The notes beneath the pieces are model-generated. The model ran no database searches and was not told the DNA's origin. It saw only the letters and a list, made by a program, of their open reading frames with translations. This document shows, piece after piece, positions 19,513-27,889 of a stretch of DNA of 64,000 nucleotides. Every line of letters begins with the position of its first letter. The stretch's first letter is position 1. A program made the position numbers and the translations under genes. The DNA is taken from the NCBI GenBank assembly GCA_041394265.1, contig JAWKIO010000005.1:3239401-3303400 (forward strand), given 5' to 3'. This DNA comes from Acidimicrobiales bacterium (GTDB lineage: Bacteria > Actinomycetota > Acidimicrobiia > Acidimicrobiales > SZUA-35).

Positions 19513-20898
19513 CTACTTCGCGCCAGCTGCGACCGGGACCTCGACCCGCTTGATGTCGAGCCCGAGGGACTCGAAGTTCTCGATCGGGCGGTTGTAGCCG
19601 CGGTCGAGGTGGTGGGTGCCGGTGATCGTGGTCTGGCCCTCGGCAGCCGCCGCAGCGAGGACGTAGGCGAACCCGCCACGGATGTCGGGCACGTCGACCT
19701 GGGTGCCGATCAGCTGGTTGCCGCCGCTCACCACGACCGAGCACGGCGTCGAGCTGCCGACGAATCGGGTCTCGATGCTGCCGAGTGGGGTGTTGTAGAG
19801 CTCGATCTGGGCGCCCATCTGCTTGAGCGCCGGAACGTAGGTGAACCGGTTCTCGAACACGGTTTCGTACATGACCGACATGCCGTGGCACTGCGTGAAG
19901 AGCGCGACCATCGGCGATTGCCAGTCGGTCATGAACCCGGGATGGGTGTCGGTCTGCACTGCAGCCGGGTGGAGGGTGTCGGCCCACGCCGAGATCGACG
20001 AGTCGGTGATCTCGAAACGGGCACCCATGCCCTGGAGGGTGGAGATCGCCGTGACGAGACGGTCCTGCGAGCAGCCATGGACCCGGACTTCGCCACCGGT
20101 GATGAGGCCGGCAACGAGATACGAGAAGGCCTCGATGCGGTCACCCTTCAGATGATGGGCGGCGCCGCTGAGGGATTCGACACCGTCGATGATGAATCGA
20201 CGGTTCGGCCGCATCTCGATTCGTGCCCCCATGCGCTGGAGGAAGAGCGCCAGCTCGATGACCTCGGGTTCGGTAGCGGCATTGTCGAGGACCGTGCGGC
20301 CCTCGGCCAGCACGGCGGTCATGAGGATGGTCTCGGTGGCACCGACCGAGGGATAGGGGAGTTCGATGTGTGCGCCCTGGAGCTTGCTCGCCTTGGCCTC
20401 GAGGCCCTCGGAGGTGAACTCGATCTCGGCCCCCATCTTGCGGAGGGCATCGACGTGGAAGTCGACCGGGCGAGCACCGATCTCGTCGCCACCGACGAGC
20501 GGGACGAAGGCATGCCCGATCCGGTGCAGGAGCGGCCCGACCATCAGGATCGGGATGCGATTGAGGCCGGAGAACCGCACCGGAACACGACTCGACTCGA
20601 TGAAGCGAGGGTCGACATTGGCCACGCCGTCGATGACCTCGACCCCGCAGCCGAGGGCTTCGAGCATGCCGGCGGTGATGGCGACATCGCCGACGTCGGG
20701 ACAGTTGGAGATGCGCGACGGCGTGTCGGCGAGCATGGCGGCCACCATGTGTTTGGTGACACCGTTCTTCGAGCCACGGACGGCGACGTCGCCTCGCAAC
20801 GGCCCGACCGGATTGACGATCCACGCCGGGGTGGTTGCCTCGGCCGGGTCGGCGGATTGGTCGGACGGGGTCGTGTTCGTGCTCGGTTCACCACTCAC
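19513..20898 (-). CDS. murA: UDP-N-acetylglucosamine 1-carboxyvinyltransferase
   Basis: 461-aa ORF with a GTG start. Contains VRGSKNGVTKHMVAAMLADTPSRISNCPDVGDV and a MurA/EPSP-synthase fold pattern throughout. Confidence 0.9.
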   Translation of the reverse strand: MSGEPSTNTTPSDQSADPAEATTPAWIVNPVGPLRGDVAVRGSKNGVTKHMVAAMLADTPSRISNCPDVGDVAITAGMLEALGCGVEVIDGVANVDPRFIESSRVPVRFSGLNRIPILMVGPLLHRIGHAFVPLVGGDEIGARPVDFHVDALRKMGAEIEFTSEGLEAKASKLQGAHIELPYPSVGATETILMTAVLAEGRTVLDNAATEPEVIELALFLQRMGARIEMRPNRRFIIDGVESLSGAAHHLKGDRIEAFSYLVAGLITGGEVRVHGCSQDRLVTAISTLQGMGARFEITDSSISAWADTLHPAAVQTDTHPGFMTDWQSPMVALFTQCHGMSVMYETVFENRFTYVPALKQMGAQIELYNTPLGSIETRFVGSSTPCSVVVSGGNQLIGTQVDVPDIRGGFAYVLAAAAAEGQTTITGTHHLDRGYNRPIENFESLGLDIKRVEVPVAAGAK

Positions 20899-20978
20899 CG
20901 TGGAGACTCTACCGCTCGAAGGCTGGTGCGACGGGGCACGCGGTCTTGTCCCGATGGGCGCTGCGCCGACCGGTGAGA

Positions 20979-21977
20979 TCAGACCGGGAGGCCGATGCGC
21001 TGCAGTGTCGCCGTGAGGTGCCCGCCATGGTGGAGGAGGTTGGCGAGGCGGCAGATCGGGTGCATCGGGCCGAGGATTGCTCGTGGTGTGTTCGGGGCCA
21101 GCGGATGGCTGATCAGTTCCTGAACCGAGAACGAAATGGCATAGAGCATCAGCCGTTCGAACAGTGCCGGGTGCTCGAACAGATCGGGTCGGTCCTCGGC
21201 CACCCAGACCGGCACGTCGACGTAGTCGGCGGCGAGCGTGCGGGCCTCATAGTCCGGCGCAACGTGAGCGTGGGGGAACGCGCAGAAGCGGAAGAGCACG
21301 TCGAGCTCGAGGTCAAGTGGCGCGCCCCGGCACCACTCGAAGTCGAGGATGCCGGTGAGCTCGGCGCCGTTCCACAGGAGGTTCTCGAAGCTCAGGTCGC
21401 CATGAATGAGTGTCCGCTGGCTGTACTCGCTCAACGCGTCGGCCGTGTGGTGCACATAGTCGAGCACGTCAGCGAACAACCCGGGATCAATCGGCGTCAG
21501 CTCCTCGATGGCGAGGAGCAGGGGAACCAGCGGCGTCACGTTGCGAGGGTCGATGAGATGCGGCGAGTTGTCGATGCGAGGGATGTGCACCGGCGTCTGT
21601 GTCTCGTGCAGCACGGCGAGCGCCGTGCACAACTGACGGACGGCGTCACGTCGCATGTTGGACGACAGGTCCGGCCACCACCGCGAGAGTGGGGCGCCAG
21701 GTCGACGTCGCACGATCAGGTAATCCGCTCCGACCTCACCGCCATAGGCGAGCACGTCGGGCGCCCATGGAGCATCAGGGAGATGCCGACACAACAGCGC
21801 CTCGCGGCGAAGTCGCTGGTTGGGATGGCGATTGACCCTCACGACGAGGTCGGGGCTGAGGAAGACCTCGTTCCGCGTGCTCGAAGCTCGTTCCAGCGTT
21901 TTGGGATCGTCGAAACCAGCCATTCGCAGTGCATGTCGAGCCCGGGCCTGGGCGAACAGTGGGTTTTCGGTGGTCAT
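20979..21977 (-). CDS. Phosphotransferase-family (APH/choline-kinase-like) protein
   Basis: The real part of ORF 20979..23030 starts at the ATG at 21977 (MTTENPLF...). Catalytic HGDLSFENLLW and Mg-binding ILDFEW motifs are present. Confidence 0.8.
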   Translation of the reverse strand: MTTENPLFAQARARHALRMAGFDDPKTLERASSTRNEVFLSPDLVVRVNRHPNQRLRREALLCRHLPDAPWAPDVLAYGGEVGADYLIVRRRPGAPLSRWWPDLSSNMRRDAVRQLCTALAVLHETQTPVHIPRIDNSPHLIDPRNVTPLVPLLLAIEELTPIDPGLFADVLDYVHHTADALSEYSQRTLIHGDLSFENLLWNGAELTGILDFEWCRGAPLDLELDVLFRFCAFPHAHVAPDYEARTLAADYVDVPVWVAEDRPDLFEHPALFERLMLYAISFSVQELISHPLAPNTPRAILGPMHPICRLANLLHHGGHLTATLQRIGLPV

Positions 21978-22069
21978 CGATGCGTCCCTCTTGTAAGAGC
22001 AACGTCGGCCCCAAGGCAGCGAACTTGACCGATGACGCAGACTTTCCCTTCGGTAGGCCCGGCGCCGCC

Positions 22070-22897
22070 TCAGGGTGCGGAGGTGCTGACCAGCGACTCC
22101 GCAAGGACGGCATCGCACAGCGCAGGCCACGCCTCCATGGCCCACGGACCGAAGTCGCGGTCGGCGAGAGCGACTGCCGCTCGCCCGGCCACCGGGTCGA
22201 CCCACACCAGCGTGCCCGCTCGTCCGAAGTGACCGAACGTTTCGGGCGAGTTCGACTGCCCGGACCAATGCGGCGACTTCTCGCCCCGGATCTCGAACCC
22301 GAGACCCCACGGGTTCGGCACCTTGCGGCCGTAACCGGGGAGGACTCCGGCGAGGTCGGGAAAGGCGACGCTGGTGGCGGCGGCCATCGTGGCTGGATGG
22401 ATCAGGGTGGGCTCGAGCCACTCCGCCAACAACAACAGCAGATCCTCGACCGATGAGGTACCGCCGTGGGCGGGGTTGGAGCCGATCGAGGTGCGACGCA
22501 GCCCGAGCGGTTCGCTCACGGCAAGCGCGACGTAGTCGGCGGCGGACATCCCGCTGGCTTGCGACAGGGCGTCGCCGAGCAGTTCGAATCCCGCGTTGGA
22601 GTAGATCCGCCGGGTTTCGGGCTCGGCGGTCGGTCCACCGATCTCGGGCGGGAGCCCCGAGGCGTGAGCGAGAAGATGGCGCACGGTGGAGCGGCCGGGA
22701 CCGAGCGGTTGATCGAGGCGCAGCGTCCCCTCCTCGATGGCGACGAGGACGGCGTAGGCGAAGATCGGCTTTGTCACCGAGGCAAGCTCGAACGTGCGAT
22801 CTGTGGGCCCTGCCACCTCTTGGCGGCCGGATCGATCGAGCCAGCCTCCCGCCGCGTGCGCCACCGGCCAGGTCGGAATTGCTTCGAGCGCGGCCAT
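22070..22897 (-). CDS. Serine hydrolase (beta-lactamase-related, class C/PBP-like)
   Basis: 275-aa ORF with an SxxK motif (ELASVTKPIF). Confidence 0.75.
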   Translation of the reverse strand: MAALEAIPTWPVAHAAGGWLDRSGRQEVAGPTDRTFELASVTKPIFAYAVLVAIEEGTLRLDQPLGPGRSTVRHLLAHASGLPPEIGGPTAEPETRRIYSNAGFELLGDALSQASGMSAADYVALAVSEPLGLRRTSIGSNPAHGGTSSVEDLLLLLAEWLEPTLIHPATMAAATSVAFPDLAGVLPGYGRKVPNPWGLGFEIRGEKSPHWSGQSNSPETFGHFGRAGTLVWVDPVAGRAAVALADRDFGPWAMEAWPALCDAVLAESLVSTSAP

Positions 22898-23062
22898 GGC
22901 CGCACCCTACCGCGCTGCTGTCGACCGCTACTCCCTCGACCGCCGCGTCGTTGGTCCGAACGATGAATTCTCCGTTGCCGCAACTACCCCCCGTGTTGTC
23001 GACAGCACGCAACGTACGGTCGTTTGTCACTGTCGCGCCTGCAGTCGGGTAGCGTCGTCGGG

Positions 23063-23617
23063 ATGGATCCGGCCGACATGGGCTTCCAACGCCCGATCAC
23101 GACCCACCGCGTCAAGCGGGCGTTCGGCTTCATCGATCTCTCCGGGTTCACCCACTACACGGTGACCAACGGCGACGACCGCGCCGTCGAGCAGCTGTCG
23201 GAGTTTCGGCGCATCGTGCGGGCCGCAGGTTCGGCCACCGGTGTGCGGGTGGCGAAATGGTTGGGCGACGGCGCCATGCTCGTTTCCGTCGACACCGCCA
23301 GTCTCGTCATGGCCATCCACCGCATCATGCGGGCCGTTCGTGATTCCGACATCGAGCTGCCGCTCCACGCGGGTGTGTCCGACGGCAACGTCATTCTCTT
23401 CGAGGGCGACGATCACATCGGCTCGGCGGTGAACTTGGCTGCCCGGCTGGCCGACATCGCCCAGCCGGGCCAGATCCTCGCCCGCTCCGATCTGTTTCCC
23501 GGGGTCAATCGCACCAAGGCCGTCGTCGGACCCGTCGAGATCGCCGGATTCGACGGTCCGATCGAGGTCGCCGACCTCGCCCTGGTGCCGACCCTGGTCG
23601 AAGCCCTCAACCTCTGA
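23063..23617 (+). CDS. Stand-alone class III adenylate/guanylate cyclase catalytic domain protein
   Basis: ORF 23024..23617 starts at a TTG; ATG at 23063 is preferred. Metal-binding Asp residues are in FGFIDLSGFT and KWLGDGAM. Asn/Arg are in GSAVNLAARL. No sensor or membrane domain is present. Confidence 0.8.
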   Translation: MDPADMGFQRPITTHRVKRAFGFIDLSGFTHYTVTNGDDRAVEQLSEFRRIVRAAGSATGVRVAKWLGDGAMLVSVDTASLVMAIHRIMRAVRDSDIELPLHAGVSDGNVILFEGDDHIGSAVNLAARLADIAQPGQILARSDLFPGVNRTKAVVGPVEIAGFDGPIEVADLALVPTLVEALNL

Positions 23618-23634
23618 CCGCCTTCCCGCTGATC

Positions 23635-23656
23635 GGGTATCAAATCGATACCCTTT
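23635..23656 (+). terminator. Intrinsic-terminator-like hairpin after the cyclase gene
   Basis: GGGTATC-aaatc-GATACCC has a 7-bp stem and is followed by TTT. It lies in a locally AT-richer stretch. Confidence 0.5.
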
Positions 23657-23687
23657 CGAATCAGCAATGCAAACCGACAGGAACAAG

Positions 23688-24848
23688 ATGTCCATCACGT
23701 TCGCCGAACTCGGCGTCGTCCCCGAGCTGGCCAGTGCCCTGAGCGCTCGGGGAATCGAAACCGCTTTTCCCATCCAGCAACTCACCATCAACGATGCCCT
23801 CGCCGGCAAAGATGTCTGTGGCAAGGCCAAGACCGGCTCCGGCAAGACCCTGGCGTTCGGCTTGCCGGCGCTGCAGCGCATTGGGGATCTGGAACGAGGG
23901 CACATCCACGGCCTCATCCTCGTCCCGACCCGAGAACTGGCCACGCAGGTGGTCGACGAACTCGGTCCGCTCGGTGAGTCCCTCGGCCTCAAGACCGCTG
24001 CCATCTATGGCGGCGCCGACATCGAGAAGCAGATCGCCCAGATCAACAAGGGGCTCGACCTCGTCGTCGCCACCCCCGGCCGGATGATCGACCTTCTCGA
24101 CCGGGGCGCCGTCTCGGTCACCGACGTCAGCATCGTCATCGTCGACGAAGCCGACCGGATGGCCGACATGGGCTTCCTCCCACAGGTCGAATGGATCCTG
24201 CGCCGGATCGAGGGCGAGCACCAGACGCTGCTGTTCTCCGCCACGCTCGACGGAGCAATCGACACGCTGGTGCGCCGCTACCAGACCGATCCCGCTCGTC
24301 ACGAGGTCGAGGAGGCCGAGGTCACCGTCGATCAGATGGCCCATCGGTTCATCGCCGTGCACAAGATGGATCAGTCGAAGGTCGTGGCCTCGATCGTCGA
24401 GCACTCACACCGGACCATCGTGTTCTGCAACACCAAACGCATGTGTGACCGTCTCGCCGACGACCTCGAGAAGCTGGGTGTGAGTGCCGAACCGATCCAC
24501 GGCGATCTCCGCCAGCGAGCTCGCGAGGCCGCACTCGGCCGGTTCACCAACGGCAAGATCCAGGCGCTGGTCGCCACCGACGTCGCCGCTCGCGGCATCC
24601 ATGTCGACGACGTCGACGTCGTCATCCATTTCGACCCACCTGACGACCACAAGACCTACCTGCACCGCTCGGGCCGCACCGCACGCGCCGGCGGCACCGG
24701 CGTTGCGGTCACCCTCGTGCTCTGGGACCAAGAACTCGAGGTCAAGCGCATCCAAAAGCGGCTCGGGCTCGAGATCCCGATCGTCGAGATGTTCTCCAAC
24801 GACAAACGACTCCACGACCTCTACCACTGGGATCCCAGCAGCGACTGA
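23688..24848 (+). CDS. DEAD-box ATP-dependent RNA helicase
   Basis: ORF 23667..24848; ATG at 23688 (MSITFAELG). Q-motif FPIQ, motif I AKTGSGKT, motif II VDEAD, SAT, and HRSGRTARAG are all present. Confidence 0.9.
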   Translation: MSITFAELGVVPELASALSARGIETAFPIQQLTINDALAGKDVCGKAKTGSGKTLAFGLPALQRIGDLERGHIHGLILVPTRELATQVVDELGPLGESLGLKTAAIYGGADIEKQIAQINKGLDLVVATPGRMIDLLDRGAVSVTDVSIVIVDEADRMADMGFLPQVEWILRRIEGEHQTLLFSATLDGAIDTLVRRYQTDPARHEVEEAEVTVDQMAHRFIAVHKMDQSKVVASIVEHSHRTIVFCNTKRMCDRLADDLEKLGVSAEPIHGDLRQRAREAALGRFTNGKIQALVATDVAARGIHVDDVDVVIHFDPPDDHKTYLHRSGRTARAGGTGVAVTLVLWDQELEVKRIQKRLGLEIPIVEMFSNDKRLHDLYHWDPSSD

Positions 24849-24849
24849 G

Positions 24850-26676
24850 GTGGACGCATCCGTCGTCCGACGGCGCTGGCTCCGTGGGCTGATCGATCAC
24901 CTCGCCCTCATCACTCCCGACGCTGCACCGACGGACGTCTCCGACGCTGCACCGACGGACGTCTCCGACGCTGCACCGACGGACGTCTCCGACGCTGCAC
25001 CGACCGACGTCTCCGACGTCGTGCCAACGGACGTCTCCGACATCGTGCCGACCGACGTCGTCGATGCTGTCGCTCGTCGTGTGTGCGGCGAGGACGTGCC
25101 CCTGTTGGCCGAGGTCGAGCCGCCACCCGGTGGCTGGGCCGACCCCTGGCTGATCGGCGCGGTGCACGAACTGACGGCGTCGACGGGGGAGCGGGCCCTG
25201 CGTGGAGCGTGGTACACGCCGCGCCCGGTGGTCGAGGAGCTGGTCCAGCGGGCACTCACTGCTGGCACCGACGCTGTGCTGGGCGACTCGTTGGTGATCG
25301 ATCCGACCTGCGGTGGTGGCGGCTTCCTGCTGGCGGCGCTCGACCGTCTGGTCGTACTCGGGTCATCGCCCGATCAGGCGCTGGCCCGGATCGGCGGCCT
25401 CGACATCGACCCGGGCGCCGTGCGCGCCACTCATGCCGCGGTGGCAGCGTGGGGGCGGTTGGCCGGTGCGTCCGACCAGGCCATCTCCGGAGCCGTCGAG
25501 CGGATCTGTCTCGGTGATCAGCTGGTCGGGTGGCCCGACGACTGGCCGAGCGTCTCGGTCGTGATCGGCAACCCGCCGTTCGCCACCCCGCTGCGAGGTG
25601 GGTCGTTCCCTGGCGCCGCACACGCCGCCCGAGAGGAGCGACGTGATCGCCTCGGCCCCTACGCCGACCTGGCGGCGATCCACCTGGCCGTCTGTATCGA
25701 GCGGGTCGCTCCGGGCGGACGGGTGTGCCTCGTGTTGCCACAGTCGGTGCTTGGCGGGCGTGACACCGCCGGACTCCGAAGCTGGGTCGACGACGTTGCG
25801 CCAATCATCGATCTCTGGGCGACGACCTCGGCCGTGTTCGATGCCTCCGTGCGAGTGTGGGCGCCCGTGTGCGAGAAGGGGGCGGAGAGGCCAATGCGAT
25901 CGTCGTGGTCAGAGGCTGCCGCCTTCGCGCTCGGTGTTCCCCCGGTCACGGTGGCCGCGCCGGGCCGGCTCGGTGAGCTGCTGTCGTCGGCCACCGCCGG
26001 GTTCCGCGACGAGTTCTATGCCCTGGCCGAGGCCTGCGTGGAGTTGGCCGACGTCAGCAGCACCGGCTTGCTGCCCGACGGCTTCGTTCGCGTGGCGACC
26101 GTCGGTTCGCTCGATCCCCTCACGAGTTGGTGGGGTCGACGGCCCACGACCTTCGCCAAACGGCGCTGGGATGCCCCGGTCGTCGACTGTTCGAAGGTGC
26201 CCGGCCGCACCCAGTCGTGGCTCGAGCAACTCCGCCAACCCAAAGTGCTGCTGCCGACCCAGTCGAAGGTCTTCGAGCCGTTCGTCGACCGGGACGGCAC
26301 GGTGGCGCCGGTGACCCCGTTGCTGGCGCTCCACGCCGAGCCCGATGCGCTCGATCTGGTGACGGCGGTCCTCCTCGCGCCGCCGGTCGTCGCGTGGGCG
26401 TTCGCCCGCTGGTTCGGAACGGCAATGTCGGTCGAGGCCATCAAGATCGCTGCGAGGGACCTCGCCGACTTCCCGCTGCCGGTCGACGATGGGGCATGGC
26501 ACGAGGCGGCAGCGATCGTCCGCTCGGCCGACGGCTGCGACCCCGCCGATTCGGTGCGGACCGCCATCGAGGCGGCAACCCTCATGCAGCGGGCCTATGG
26601 CACCGCCGCTGCCGATCCCTCGGTGCTGCAATGGTGGCTCGCCCGAGCACGCTCATTGGTACCCTCGAACGCATGA
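24850..26676 (+). CDS. N6-adenine DNA methyltransferase, gamma class (Eco57I/TaqI-like, apparently orphan)
   Basis: The real part of ORF 24484..26676. Motif X GAWYTP, motif I IDPTCGGGGFLL and motif IV VIGNPPFA occur in gamma order, followed by a C-terminal target-recognition-like half. The earliest start after the helicase stop is GTG 24850, 1 nt past the helicase TGA. A later GTG start downstream of the tandem repeat cannot be excluded. Confidence 0.8.
   Translation: MDASVVRRRWLRGLIDHLALITPDAAPTDVSDAAPTDVSDAAPTDVSDAAPTDVSDVVPTDVSDIVPTDVVDAVARRVCGEDVPLLAEVEPPPGGWADPWLIGAVHELTASTGERALRGAWYTPRPVVEELVQRALTAGTDAVLGDSLVIDPTCGGGGFLLAALDRLVVLGSSPDQALARIGGLDIDPGAVRATHAAVAAWGRLAGASDQAISGAVERICLGDQLVGWPDDWPSVSVVIGNPPFATPLRGGSFPGAAHAAREERRDRLGPYADLAAIHLAVCIERVAPGGRVCLVLPQSVLGGRDTAGLRSWVDDVAPIIDLWATTSAVFDASVRVWAPVCEKGAERPMRSSWSEAAAFALGVPPVTVAAPGRLGELLSSATAGFRDEFYALAEACVELADVSSTGLLPDGFVRVATVGSLDPLTSWWGRRPTTFAKRRWDAPVVDCSKVPGRTQSWLEQLRQPKVLLPTQSKVFEPFVDRDGTVAPVTPLLALHAEPDALDLVTAVLLAPPVVAWAFARWFGTAMSVEAIKIAARDLADFPLPVDDGAWHEAAAIVRSADGCDPADSVRTAIEAATLMQRAYGTAAADPSVLQWWLARARSLVPSNA
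24919..25062 (+). repeat. 24-bp tandem repeat, about 6 copies (3 perfect), encoding (D-A-A-P-T-D-V-S)n if translated
   Basis: The unit is GACGCTGCACCGACGGACGTCTCC. Copies at 24919, 24943 and 24967 are identical. Later copies match at 23/24, 19/24 and 16/24 by hand count. Confidence 0.9.
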
Positions 26677-27878
26677 CGACCCCGGAGCGACCGCTTCGCC
26701 GAGCCGCTCCGACCGGCGAACCGCTACCGGCCACCGGTGCCTGGCGTGAAGGCGACCCGGTGGCCTGGCGCAATTTCGTCACGGTCGGGCGTGGTCGCAA
26801 GTTCGCTCTCGAAGGCGGAGGCCTGCTCGGCGAGCTCCAGCTGGCGTTCGAGTACTGGGGTGAGCTGAACGCGGCAGCCGACAACGCCATCCTCGTGTGC
26901 CATGCGCTGACGGGCGACGCCCACGCGAAGGGCCCGAGTGGCCACGGCCAGCCAACCGAAGGCTGGTGGAACGACATGATCGGCCCCGGCCGACCGCTCG
27001 ACACCGACCGCTTCTTCGTCGTGTGTGCGAACGTCCTCGGCGGGTGCCAGGGCACCACGGGTCCGTCGTCACCCCACCCCGATGATGGGTTGCCGTGGGG
27101 ATCGCGGTTCCCGGTGATCACCATCCGCGACATCGTCCGGAGCCAGGCGCTGCTGGCAAACGATCTCGGGATCGGCCGGTGGGCCGCAGTGGTGGGCGGC
27201 TCGATGGGCGGAATGCAGGCGCTCGAGTGGGCCGTCATGTACCCCGAACGCGTCGGCGCGCTGGTCTCGATCGCAAGCGCGGCGGCCGCCAGTCCCTTGC
27301 AGATCGGGTGGAGCGAGGTCGGTCGGCTCGCGATCGCCCAGGACCCGCGCTGGCGGCAGGGCGACTACTACGACGCCGAACCCGGCGACGGTCCGGCCGA
27401 GGGGTTGATGCTGGCGCGGCGCGTCGCACAGCTGCACTACCGATCCGACGACTCGCTCGAGCAGCGCTTCGGCCGAGCCGTGGTCGGCAAACTCGACCGG
27501 TTCGCCATGTGGGACCGATTCCAGATCGAGGGCTATCTCGACTACCACGGTCAGAAACTGGCTCGACGGTTCGACGCGAACAGCTACCTGCTGCTCAACA
27601 AGGCGATGGATCTGCACGACATCGGGCGTGACCGAGGCGGTCTCGATCTCGCGGCCGCTCGGGTGCAGTGCCCGACCCTCGTGGTGTCGATCGACTCCGA
27701 TGTGCTCTATACGCCGAGGCAGCAACTCGAGCTGGCCGACATCCTGCGCCGGGGGAACGCGCCGCTCGTCGAGTTCGCCACGCTGGAGTCGATCCACGGA
27801 CACGACGGCTTCCTCATCGAGTTCCCCCAGCTCGGCCCGATCGTCGAGCGGTTCGTCGACGAGCAGGCCAAGGCCTGA
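26673..27878 (+). CDS. metX: Homoserine O-acetyltransferase
   Basis: The real part of ORF 26127..27878. ATG at 26673 overlaps the methyltransferase stop as ATGA. Contains LVCHALTGDAH and the nucleophile elbow VVGGSMGGMQALEW. Confidence 0.9.
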   Translation: MTTPERPLRRAAPTGEPLPATGAWREGDPVAWRNFVTVGRGRKFALEGGGLLGELQLAFEYWGELNAAADNAILVCHALTGDAHAKGPSGHGQPTEGWWNDMIGPGRPLDTDRFFVVCANVLGGCQGTTGPSSPHPDDGLPWGSRFPVITIRDIVRSQALLANDLGIGRWAAVVGGSMGGMQALEWAVMYPERVGALVSIASAAAASPLQIGWSEVGRLAIAQDPRWRQGDYYDAEPGDGPAEGLMLARRVAQLHYRSDDSLEQRFGRAVVGKLDRFAMWDRFQIEGYLDYHGQKLARRFDANSYLLLNKAMDLHDIGRDRGGLDLAAARVQCPTLVVSIDSDVLYTPRQQLELADILRRGNAPLVEFATLESIHGHDGFLIEFPQLGPIVERFVDEQAKA

Positions 27879-27889
27879 CCGGCGCCTCG

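Noticed and set aside
20979-23030. Track ORFs that look like single large proteins: 20979..23030 (683 aa), 58507..60729 (740 aa), 24484..26676, 26127..27878 and 13096..14937.
   Set aside because: Only the downstream part of each has protein-like composition and motifs. The upstream part is an open-frame run-through across a neighbouring gene or intergenic DNA. I re-set the starts to internal ATG or GTG codons, several of which have Shine-Dalgarno support.
23063-26676. Cyclase, helicase and methyltransferase read as a cyclic-nucleotide defence system (Pycsar/CBASS-like) or a restriction-modification/BREX-like system.
   Set aside because: There is no effector (TM, TIR, nuclease or patatin), no endonuclease and no other defence-type genes. 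The cyclase has adenine-specifying Lys/Asp by my alignment and its own terminator-like hairpin. The helicase is a standard short DEAD-box RNA helicase. The flanking genes are housekeeping (metX, fpg-like).
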